From NCBI GenBank assembly GCA_036338595.1, contig JAYZBV010000113.1:43216-107215 (forward strand): DNA of 64,000 nucleotides. The letters run 5' to 3'. The notes under the pieces were generated by a model. The model worked only from the letters and a program-made list of their open reading frames with translations, had not been told where the DNA came from and ran no database searches. This DNA comes from Planctomycetota bacterium. GTDB taxonomy: Bacteria; Planctomycetota; UBA8108; UBA1146. Position numbers and translations under genes: made by a program. Position 1 is the stretch's first letter; each line of letters opens with the position of its first letter. Shown here one piece after another: positions 52,966 through 61,242 of this stretch.

Positions 52966-52997
52966 CATCTGTCATCGACCGGCGCACCGTGGACAGC

Positions 52998-54206
52998 TCA
53001 AGCCTGTTGCCTGGAGATCCTGGCGCGGGTCGATCTGTGTTGCACCGGAGAGACACCCTTCTGCAGACCATCGGGGTGGACCACCTCTACCGGCTTGCGA
53101 GCGATGGAGATGACGATCCCGATCGCCAGCAGTGTCACCACGATCGAGGTACCGCCGTAGGAGATGAGAGGCAGTGGCAGTCCGGTCACGGGTACCAGAC
53201 CCACCGTCATCGCCTGGTTGATGGCTGCCTGGCTGCCGATCTGTGCTGCCAGTCCGACGGAAACCAGTCGCCCGAAGGGGTCGCGACAATTCCAGGCGAC
53301 TCCCAGCATCGTCAGGATCAGCACGAGCGTCCCGATCAGAACCGAGATGGTCCCCACCAATCCCCATTCCTCACCGATCACGGAAAAAATGAAATCATTA
53401 TGGTCTTCCGGCAAGTACCCGAGATCGTGGTGGCTACCGAGATGCAATCCCTTTCCCGTCGGCCCACCGCTTCCCATCGCGATGATCGATTGAGCCACCT
53501 GGTAGCCACCGGCAGATTCCACCGCCACGGCACCCACTCCAAGATAGGAGAGAATGCGTTGCTGCTGGTAGTTGTGCATCGTCGGCCATGAAAAACCAGC
53601 AAGCACGATCAAGATCATGGCGAGGGTTGCCAGTTTCTTCCATTCGATCCCCGCTACCCAGAGCATCGCCGCCACCGTAGGAACCAGGATCAGGGCAGTA
53701 CCCAGGTCGGGTTGAGAGGCGATCAGGGCAAAAGGAATGACCGCCATCAGGGTGATCTTGAAGAGGTCGCTCCATCGCTCCAACTGCTTGCCCGGTCTCA
53801 GGGCAGTTGCGATGACCATCACGGTGGAGATCTTTGCCAGTTCCGATGGTTGCAATCCAAAACCACCGATGCGGATCCAGCGCACCACACCGCCCTCGAA
53901 CCCCTTCCACACCAGCAGAAGGAGGAGCAGCGCCAGGGTTCCACCGTAGAAGAGACTCGAGAAGTTCTCGAGTCGTCTCGGAGGAACCATCGAGACCAAC
54001 AGCAACCCGAAGATTCCGACCAGGATCTTTTTCATGTGGCTTGCCGAATAGGCACCAGGAAATCCACCCTCGGAACCATCCGCTGAGCTGTAGACGAAGA
54101 TGGTGCCGATCAGCAAGAGCCACAAGCTGGCCAGAATCAGCAATGTTGCCGGGCCGGCCCAGCCAGTCTTCCAGTCTCGAAGCCCGTTTCCGATGTCAGG
54201 GATCAT
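52998..54206 (-). CDS. rodA: rod shape-determining SEDS glycosyltransferase RodA
   Basis: Polytopic membrane protein with HNDFIFSVIGEEWGLVG and LPLPLISYGGTSIV motifs. The ATG at 54206 overlaps the mrdA stop (ATGA). Confidence 0.9.
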   Translation of the reverse strand: MIPDIGNGLRDWKTGWAGPATLLILASLWLLLIGTIFVYSSADGSEGGFPGAYSASHMKKILVGIFGLLLVSMVPPRRLENFSSLFYGGTLALLLLLLVWKGFEGGVVRWIRIGGFGLQPSELAKISTVMVIATALRPGKQLERWSDLFKITLMAVIPFALIASQPDLGTALILVPTVAAMLWVAGIEWKKLATLAMILIVLAGFSWPTMHNYQQQRILSYLGVGAVAVESAGGYQVAQSIIAMGSGGPTGKGLHLGSHHDLGYLPEDHNDFIFSVIGEEWGLVGTISVLIGTLVLILTMLGVAWNCRDPFGRLVSVGLAAQIGSQAAINQAMTVGLVPVTGLPLPLISYGGTSIVVTLLAIGIVISIARKPVEVVHPDGLQKGVSPVQHRSTRARISRQQA

Positions 54207-56374
54207 CGTCGCAGCTCCAGGCCGCGGTGTTGTTCGAGCCATTGCAGGATGTCGGCGAGCAACGGTGCACAAGCTTCACCGCCGCCGGAATCAACACCCT
54301 GGGCAGAGATGGCGAAGGCGATCTCTGGATCGACCACCGGCGAAAATCCGATGAGCCAGGCATTATACGATCGAGAACCAGGGATCCTGGCGGTTCCCGT
54401 CTTCACGGCGAGATCAAAATCGGAGAGTCGATAGTGGCTACGGGATGCCGTACCTCCCCTGTCTCGGACTGCGGAAACCATGCCATCGATCACGGTTTCA
54501 TAGTGTCGAATCTCGAAGGAAGGTTGCAATACAGTGCCGGATTCTCCCGCGATCAACTGTATGCCAGGAGTCTCACCACGCTTCGCGATCGACAGTGCCA
54601 CTCGAGCCATCTGCAGAGGAGTGGTTGTGAAGCCGCGTCCGATGGCGGTTCCAACCGGATTAGTGGTGGGGCGTATGCCGACCGATTCCGATGGGATGGA
54701 ACAGCCGCTGCCTCTCCACAGACCCAGTTGCGCCGCTCCCTCGACCAGGGCATCGAGTCCCAGTCGCTGTCCCATCTTGTAGAAATAGACATTGCAGGAG
54801 CGAGAGAGTGCACTGGTCATGTTCATCTCGAGTCCATACGGATGATTCGCACAGCGGTTCCGGTCCGGTCTCCGTGGATCGAGTAGGCCGTCACAGACGA
54901 TGATTTCCTGGGGATCGACGACGCCAGCTTGCAGGGCAGTCAGTGCGACGACCGTCTTGAAGGTCGAACCGGGATCGATGGCCCAGCCACTGACGCGATC
55001 ATGGAACCAACCGTCTGGAGACTCGGATCTATTTCTGTACAGATCTCGATCTCGATAGACCTCCATCCCCTGCCGGGGCAGCGAGGCCCAGCCCATCGCC
55101 CTGCCGTCGGAGACATCCAGAACGACGACCGCGCCCTGTTCGATCTGCCTCGACAGCAACACCTGTGCACACCAGCGGCTCATCTCAACATCCAGAGCCA
55201 GCACCACATCCTTTCCGGCGACCGCCTGAGCAACCTCGAGGGGTGCGCCGACCGAGCGGCGCCGGTGATCCATGATCCGAACCTCAGCTCCAGGAATCCC
55301 GCTCAAGCGCTCTTCGAGCATCGATTCCAGGCCGCTGCGTCCGACTCGATCGGCACTGTGATGGGCGAAGGGGCGCAGCGCCTTGAATACTCGAAGATCA
55401 CGCAGGACCAGTCGGTCGATGATGGGCTCCTGGCGCAACTTCCAGCCCTCGACGATCTCAGCTGTGGGCAATCCAGTGTGTCCCATCAACTGACCCAGAA
55501 ATGGATCCTGCGGATGCTCACGATCGTGAGCCTCCTCCAGGTGTATTCCAGGCCACCGTTGCGGATGGGAACTGATTTCGACGACCAGCTGCGAGGGGAT
55601 CTTCTCGTGAAGCGGGTGACGCTGGCGTCTGAAGATCCACTCTCGCTCCTGGACATCGATGGATGAATCCTGGACACGTTCGTAGGCCTCCTCGACCCGA
55701 GCCCACAGTTTGCCGGGATCCAGTAACAGTCGCTTCTCCAGCTGGCGAATCGCGATTTCACCTGCAAAGAGAACATCCGGATCGACCAGTACCGTGTACT
55801 CGTCCCCGGATCGCACTGCAGTGATCCCCGGAAAGTCCTCTGGCCTTTTTGCTACTGCCCTCGCCACCTTGCTTCCAGAGTCCTGATCCAGGCGACTCAG
55901 CCACGGATGCGGAGGAAGGTCTGACTCGCTTCCGAAGTGGGGGCGCAACCTGGCCCTGGCCAGTTGAAGCGACTTCCAGAGTTCCATCTCTTGCCAGGGA
56001 AAATCCTTGTCACTTCCGCGCAGGATGTGAGCCAGGCGACGAGCGACCCAGCGAACGGGTTCCAGTTCTGAAAGCAGAAAGGTGGCTCGAATCACCGGGG
56101 TATCCCTCGCCAGTTCTACGCCGAGGGTATCCACGATCCGTCCTCGAGGAGCAGCCGCATATCGAATGGAGCGGTGAACACTGGAGGCCCGAAGCGCGTG
56201 TTCACGCCACTCCACGCCTTGCAACTGAACCAGCCGCCAGCCGATGCCGACCGTCATCAGGATCAGCACCAGGGCCAATGTCAGGATCCTCGAGCGTTGC
56301 ATCCTTCTACTCTCCAGACCACCACTGGTCCCATCTTCACCGAACAAGCACACATCAGAGGGGGTATCTGGCAC
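54203..56374 (-). CDS. mrdA: penicillin-binding protein 2 (elongasome transpeptidase)
   Basis: N-terminal TM helix, PBP dimerisation domain and SxxK motif STFKTVVALTAL. An alternative start is at 56302. Confidence 0.9.
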   Translation of the reverse strand: MPDTPSDVCLFGEDGTSGGLESRRMQRSRILTLALVLILMTVGIGWRLVQLQGVEWREHALRASSVHRSIRYAAAPRGRIVDTLGVELARDTPVIRATFLLSELEPVRWVARRLAHILRGSDKDFPWQEMELWKSLQLARARLRPHFGSESDLPPHPWLSRLDQDSGSKVARAVAKRPEDFPGITAVRSGDEYTVLVDPDVLFAGEIAIRQLEKRLLLDPGKLWARVEEAYERVQDSSIDVQEREWIFRRQRHPLHEKIPSQLVVEISSHPQRWPGIHLEEAHDREHPQDPFLGQLMGHTGLPTAEIVEGWKLRQEPIIDRLVLRDLRVFKALRPFAHHSADRVGRSGLESMLEERLSGIPGAEVRIMDHRRRSVGAPLEVAQAVAGKDVVLALDVEMSRWCAQVLLSRQIEQGAVVVLDVSDGRAMGWASLPRQGMEVYRDRDLYRNRSESPDGWFHDRVSGWAIDPGSTFKTVVALTALQAGVVDPQEIIVCDGLLDPRRPDRNRCANHPYGLEMNMTSALSRSCNVYFYKMGQRLGLDALVEGAAQLGLWRGSGCSIPSESVGIRPTTNPVGTAIGRGFTTTPLQMARVALSIAKRGETPGIQLIAGESGTVLQPSFEIRHYETVIDGMVSAVRDRGGTASRSHYRLSDFDLAVKTGTARIPGSRSYNAWLIGFSPVVDPEIAFAISAQGVDSGGGEACAPLLADILQWLEQHRGLELRR

Positions 56375-56834
56375 TCCTGAGCAAGGGGGCGGCCAGATCC
56401 AGAACAGGCAACATCAATGCCGTGAACAGTATCGAAAGCCAGCAACCATGTACCAGGAAGATCAGTCCTGGAACGACCCCCGCCAGCAGCCACTCCTGGA
56501 CCATCGATGCGATCAGCAGGGCGGGAATCAGGATTTGAAGCCTCTTCCAGCGGTGGTGGGGATCGAGAAGTTGACGAAACCATCGAACCGAGAGGATCAG
56601 TGCAGCCACCGGGAAGACCACTTCAACCGCGCTGGAAATGCCACCCAGGGATCTGTAGATACAGATCACGAAACCGACAATCAGCAATCTGGGCCAGCGA
56701 TCGACCAGCGCCAACCAGGCCAGAAAGATCAGTGCAGGATCAGCGACGCCTCCCGATTCGACCACGAACGGGCGGTAGGCTCCCACGGTAAATATCGATA
56801 GCAGGGTGAGTGTGATCAGCCAACCGAGTCTCAT
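56355..56834 (-). CDS. mreD: rod shape-determining protein MreD
   Basis: 159-aa polytopic membrane protein between mreC and mrdA. Its start overlaps the mreC stop. Confidence 0.8.
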   Translation of the reverse strand: MRLGWLITLTLLSIFTVGAYRPFVVESGGVADPALIFLAWLALVDRWPRLLIVGFVICIYRSLGGISSAVEVVFPVAALILSVRWFRQLLDPHHRWKRLQILIPALLIASMVQEWLLAGVVPGLIFLVHGCWLSILFTALMLPVLDLAAPLLRSARYPL

Positions 56835-57541
56835 CGATGGCTCGCATTCAGGAGGGGAGACAGCACCAGAATTTCCTGGCTGCTATGAAGTGCCCGAGAC
56901 AGCTGGATCCTGGAATCACTGACAGGAATTCTCGAATCGGAAACGACACCCAGGATCAGTCCCTCGGGGAAAATGCCCCCTCCGCCGTGTGTTCTGAGGA
57001 CCAGGGCATCCGTGATCTGAATCGGATCGATCCGTAGTCGAGGGTGTCCGTATCCAGTGCTGGGTCCGCCAGCGAAAATCCCCGCATGACCGACGTCATC
57101 GACGAAGGGAATCACGAACGCAGGATCATCGGCAAGTTGTACTCGACTCCAGCCCTCTCCGACTGCGGCGATCTTTCCCACCACTCCGGAAGCACCGATC
57201 ACTCCCATTCCGATCTCCAGGCCAGCCTCGGTGCCACGGTCGAGCCTGGCCGAGGATCTTCTGGGCGCCGGGTCCAGTAACGGAGTCAAACGAGCAGGAA
57301 TCAGCAAAAAACTGGAACCCGCAAAACTGGCTGAAAGGTAACGGTCCAGGAGACGCTGGCGGTCGAAGATCGCAGAATTTTCAGAATCGATCAGCAAGGA
57401 GTGTTGCAGTGCCTGCTCCAGCAGTATCTGGCGCTCATCATCCCCACGAAATGAAGCGACGAGGGGTTGAAGCCCGTAGCCCAGCAAGGCCAGGACCAAC
57501 CAGCAACTGATCGCCCAGTAAGCGCTCTGGGTGCGCTTCAC
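56831..57541 (-). CDS. mreC: rod shape-determining protein MreC
   Basis: N-terminal TM helix, then beta-rich domains (GVIGASGVVGKIAAVG...VQL). Located directly downstream of mreB. GTG start. Confidence 0.8.
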   Translation of the reverse strand: MKRTQSAYWAISCWLVLALLGYGLQPLVASFRGDDERQILLEQALQHSLLIDSENSAIFDRQRLLDRYLSASFAGSSFLLIPARLTPLLDPAPRRSSARLDRGTEAGLEIGMGVIGASGVVGKIAAVGEGWSRVQLADDPAFVIPFVDDVGHAGIFAGGPSTGYGHPRLRIDPIQITDALVLRTHGGGGIFPEGLILGVVSDSRIPVSDSRIQLSRALHSSQEILVLSPLLNASHR

Positions 57542-57573
57542 ATGACTCCCGTTCGAATCGGACGAGAAGGCCC

Positions 57574-58647
57574 CTAGAAATCATCCTCGATGGAGTCGAG
57601 GACCGAAGAATATTGATCCAGTTTTTCAAGAAAAATGGCCGTTCCACGAGCCACGCAGGTGAGAGGGTCATCGGCGACGCGGACTGGCAATCCCGTGACC
57701 TTGCGGATCATCTCATCGAGTCCCCTCAGCAATACTCCTCCGCCACAGAGGACGATGCCTCGCTCGACCAGATCTGCGCACAGTTCCGGATCGGTCTGCT
57801 CCAGCGTGGCCTTGATTCCCTCGATAATCTTCTCGACGGGAGGCTGAAGTGCATCACGAATCTCATCACTCGTGATCATGACACTTCGCGGCAAGTTGCC
57901 GATCAGATCGCGCCCCTTGACCTCCATCTCGAGTTCATCTTCGAGCGGAAATGCGGACCCGATTTTGATCTTGATCTGTTCTGCGGTAAGAGGACCGACC
58001 AGGATGTTATAGGTGTCCTTCATGTACTTGATGATCGCTTCATCCATGTCGTCTCCGGCGATACGCAACGAGACACTGGTCACAACATCTGCCAGCGAGA
58101 GAACCGCTATCTCTGTAGTACCACCGCCGACATCGACCACCATACTCGCGATGGGCTCCTCGATCGGGAGTCCTGCACCGAGTCCTGCAGCACGAGGTTC
58201 TTCAACCAGGTATACCTTCCTGGCTCCAGCTCTCTCGGCAGAGTTGTAGACCGCTCGTTTCTCGACTGCAGTGATGCCGCTGGGTACAGCGATGACCACA
58301 CGTGGGCTGAAGAAGCGAGATCGCTTCTGAACCTTGGTGATGAAGTACTTCAACATCGCTTCCGTGATCTCGAAATCGGCGATCACCCCGTCTCTGAGAG
58401 GACGTACTGCCTCGATGGAAGTGGGGGTTCGGCCCATCATTTCCTTTGCGACACTACCGACAGCTCGACCATCGAGGAGAACCTGGTTGGTACCAGCTTT
58501 CACTGCGACTACGGACGGCTCACTGATCACGATGCCTCGACCCCTGACACAGACGAGAGTATTCGCCGTGCCCAGATCGATTCCAAGGTCGGTGGAGAAC
58601 CTCCCGACCACGGAGTTGATCCAGTTGTGTGCTATTCGGAAAAGCAA
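57574..58647 (-). CDS. mreB: rod shape-determining actin homolog MreB
   Basis: FSTDLGIDLGTANTLV, VVDVGGGTTEIAVLS and LCGGGVLLRGLDEMI. The likely TTG start at 58647 lies 8 nt after GGGGAG. The ORF-track ATG at 58809 would add a non-homologous 54-aa extension. Confidence 0.93.
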   Translation of the reverse strand: MLFRIAHNWINSVVGRFSTDLGIDLGTANTLVCVRGRGIVISEPSVVAVKAGTNQVLLDGRAVGSVAKEMMGRTPTSIEAVRPLRDGVIADFEITEAMLKYFITKVQKRSRFFSPRVVIAVPSGITAVEKRAVYNSAERAGARKVYLVEEPRAAGLGAGLPIEEPIASMVVDVGGGTTEIAVLSLADVVTSVSLRIAGDDMDEAIIKYMKDTYNILVGPLTAEQIKIKIGSAFPLEDELEMEVKGRDLIGNLPRSVMITSDEIRDALQPPVEKIIEGIKATLEQTDPELCADLVERGIVLCGGGVLLRGLDEMIRKVTGLPVRVADDPLTCVARGTAIFLEKLDQYSSVLDSIEDDF

Positions 58648-58896
58648 GATAGATACTCCCCGCCCGATCAGGGGGCAGTGGTGTAACACTACCCTTCGAT
58701 CGGATCCCCGAGGGCCGTTGGCCCTCATTCCCACTTCGGGCTTTCGCAACCTACTGGCCCCATCATCTCTGACAGGTCTCCCGCGGTATTGCACCGCGGA
58801 CGAAAGCACCCCATCGCCGCGCCCTGGATTCTAGGTGAGGAATCATGCAGAGGCGAGGGGGAGCAAGAAAAGATCCATGCCCTGGGCTTTGTTCGG

Positions 58897-58936
58897 CCAA
58901 CAGAAAAGCCTGCCCCCCGGATCGGGAGGCAGGCTT
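58897..58936 (-). terminator. intrinsic terminator downstream of the coiled-coil/small-TM gene pair
   Basis: On the minus strand: AAGCCUGCC - loop - GGCAGGCUU followed by UUCUGUU. It separates that gene pair from the mreB operon. Confidence 0.65.
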
Positions 58937-58976
58937 CAATGTTACAGATGAACAGTCAAACGCATGACGCTGCTAG

Positions 58977-59222
58977 CTAACCCTCGTCAGTATCCATATC
59001 GACGTCAGCAAACAGTTTCTTGGCATCCTGCGTGACCCTGCGGAGACCATCGGCTTCCCACTTCTCGGCACTCGTGGTCGGAGAATTGCCCTTGTAGGTC
59101 AACTCCTTGAGGCGCATGCCCAGAAGCGTCGAGGCGACGATCAGACAGACCACCGAGATGGCCAGCAAACTGGTCGCCAGGGGGCTTGAATCTTTACGTT
59201 CAACGATGGGCTGATCGTACAT
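58977..59222 (-). CDS. small single-pass membrane protein
   Basis: 81 aa. TM helix LATSLLAISVVCLIVASTLLG. GAAGGGGG RBS. It starts 12 nt after the stop of the upstream gene. Confidence 0.55.
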   Translation of the reverse strand: MYDQPIVERKDSSPLATSLLAISVVCLIVASTLLGMRLKELTYKGNSPTTSAEKWEADGLRRVTQDAKKLFADVDMDTDEG

Positions 59223-59234
59223 TTGAACCCCCTT

Positions 59235-60086
59235 CTAGCTGGACAGCCGTGTCGAGGCTTTGTGCCCCTCACGAATACCGGAATCCTCCTGGAACAGGAT
59301 GGTGCAGCCGGACATATCGTCGAGGACCTTGGTCACCTGGACTTTGCCGATGAATCGGTTGCCGTCGTAGATGGTGAACTCGTAGCCGATCTCAACATTG
59401 TCATCCTTGCCGACAGAAAGCACCACGACACCTTCCTGGACACCGACGACCATGCCGTCGATGGGTGGGGCGGTGGTCACACCGATATCGGGAAGTCGGA
59501 CGCCAGAGTCCACGATCCTGGAGATCAGCAACTGCTGGTCATCGTAGTCTTCCCTGAGTGCGGTCAATTCCTTGTTGAGGGCTTCCGTCTGTTGAGCCAG
59601 CTGCTCCTTGTCGAGCAATGCTCGGTTGCGCAGCCGTTCCGCCAGTTTCTTGGCGTCTCCCGCCTCGTCAATCTCCGAACTCAGTCGTGTGATTTCTTCC
59701 TCGAGGCGGGCGATGTTGGAATCCTTGTCCTGGATATGCTCGTCCTTCTGGGCAATCCGGGAATCAAGATCATCGATCTTGGTGCCCAGCTGGGCGACGC
59801 TCTTTCTCAGATCTCCGTTGGAGTTCTGGAGGACCAAGATCGAGGAACCCAGTTGTTCCTTTTCTCTCGTCAGGGATTCGTTATTTCTGGTCTTCTCATC
59901 GACGACGCCTTGCAGCGTTTCCTTCATCTTCTCCGCCATGGCGACCGTCTCTTCTGCATTCTCCACGGCTGATTCGGCAGCGCCTTTCCAGTCCTTCTGG
60001 GACTGGAACAACGTTGCACTAACACCGAGGAAGAAGAGTGCCAGGACGAGATTGATCACCACGAAAAACTTGGCGAGCCCACTCAT
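59235..60086 (-). CDS. membrane-anchored coiled-coil protein with C-terminal beta-rich domain
   Basis: 283 aa. N-terminal TM helix (FFVVINLVLALFFLGVSATLF), about 170 aa of heptad-rich coiled coil, then GMVVGVQEGVVVLSVGKDDNVEIGYEFTIYDGNRFIGKVQV. GGAAGGA/GGAG RBS. Confidence 0.65.
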   Translation of the reverse strand: MSGLAKFFVVINLVLALFFLGVSATLFQSQKDWKGAAESAVENAEETVAMAEKMKETLQGVVDEKTRNNESLTREKEQLGSSILVLQNSNGDLRKSVAQLGTKIDDLDSRIAQKDEHIQDKDSNIARLEEEITRLSSEIDEAGDAKKLAERLRNRALLDKEQLAQQTEALNKELTALREDYDDQQLLISRIVDSGVRLPDIGVTTAPPIDGMVVGVQEGVVVLSVGKDDNVEIGYEFTIYDGNRFIGKVQVTKVLDDMSGCTILFQEDSGIREGHKASTRLSS

Positions 60087-60618
60087 CTCCAGTTCCTTCC
60101 GTTCGGGTGGATCCCCAGCGCTTCGAAAACACTTCGAAGTCGTCGCTGAAGCAGCGGCCTTGCCGCCTACCCGTGCATCATCTCCTCGGTCACTGACCCG
60201 TCTCCCCGGGACGTTGGATGATCATCCGACCATCCCATTGCAACCGATTCGAACTCCTTTGATTGACGAGTTCCTCATGGTTGGCCACTCGTTGACCATC
60301 CGTTGACCACAAGGTTCTCCAGAACGAGGCAGGGCCCTTGTCGCCCTGCTCGGGATATCGTCCCACTCGAAGTCTGACCTCCTCCGGGAGAGAGGGGTCG
60401 TCGACGGCTCAACACGGGGAAGAGTCCCGTCACCCGACATCGACAGGTTCGATTCCAAGTGGCACATATTATCTGCCCTGCGAGAGGGGGTCAAGTTCCC
60501 CTGAAACACGCATCTGGGCTCTGGCGGCTCCTGGACGTGGAGGAACAGGCACCCCTGGTGCGGTTCGGTGGCGACGAAGCGGTTGCTGCCGTAGCATCCC
60601 CTCGAGGCAGGAGGCCCC

Positions 60619-61242
60619 TTGTTCACTGGCATCGTCGAGCGCTGTGCCCGCATCGTGGAAACTTCCGCAAACGCCTCAGGAGTGCGTTTCAGCGTCTCTT
60701 CAGGCGCATTGTCCTCCATCGACGGCAATCTCGATCCCTGGACGGACCTGGAAGCAGGGGAGAGCATCAGCGTGGATGGGGTCTGTTTGACTCTCCTCCG
60801 CGGAGATGGAGATCTCCGTTTTGACGTGGTCGAGGAGACGCTGCGTCGATCGGTTCTCGGCGACCGTGCAGTGGGATCTCCTGTCAACCTCGAGCGAGCT
60901 CTGAGGGTGGGAGATCGTCTCGGGGGCCATTATGTCACCGGTCATGTCGATACGGTGGGAACCATCCGATCGATCGAGAGCAGCGGTGAAACCCTCTGGG
61001 TCATCGAGTACGAACCCGAAGCAGACTTTCGAACCATCGAGAAGGGTTCCGTGACCGTCGACGGGGTCAGCCTGACCGTCGTTTCCCGTACCGTCGACTC
61101 CTTTTGCGTGGCATTGATTCCCCATACTCTGGATGTCACATCCCTGGGTAGCCGCTCGGTGGGGGATTCACTCAACCTGGAGATGGATCACTTCGGTCGC
61201 TGGGTTGCTGAACTGAGTTCGCCTCGACAAGGAGAGATCTGA
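60619..61242 (+). CDS. ribE: riboflavin synthase alpha chain
   Basis: MFTGIVE..., GESISVDGVCLT and a second-half SVTVDGVSLTV (duplicated lumazine-binding barrel). TTG start after GGCAGGAGG. Confidence 0.9.
   Translation: MFTGIVERCARIVETSANASGVRFSVSSGALSSIDGNLDPWTDLEAGESISVDGVCLTLLRGDGDLRFDVVEETLRRSVLGDRAVGSPVNLERALRVGDRLGGHYVTGHVDTVGTIRSIESSGETLWVIEYEPEADFRTIEKGSVTVDGVSLTVVSRTVDSFCVALIPHTLDVTSLGSRSVGDSLNLEMDHFGRWVAELSSPRQGEI

Noticed and set aside
52735-53160. Plus-strand ORFs of 122-226 aa (52735-53160, 52745-53113, 52911-53591)
   Set aside because: They read through the intrinsic terminator and/or run antisense to rodA, and have no RBS or domains.
60340-60618. FMN (RFN) riboswitch upstream of ribE
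   Set aside because: I looked for the conserved cores (GGGCAGGGTGAAATTCCC, ACCGGCGGT, GCCGACAGT, AGTCTGGATG) and found only vague fragments (GGGGGTCAAGTTCCCC, CTGGCGGC). That is not enough to call it. An Infernal scan would settle the question.
60222-60887. 221-aa minus-strand ORF upstream of/overlapping ribE
   Set aside because: Arg/Ser/Pro-rich composition, overlap with the well-supported ribE start, and no RBS or domain.
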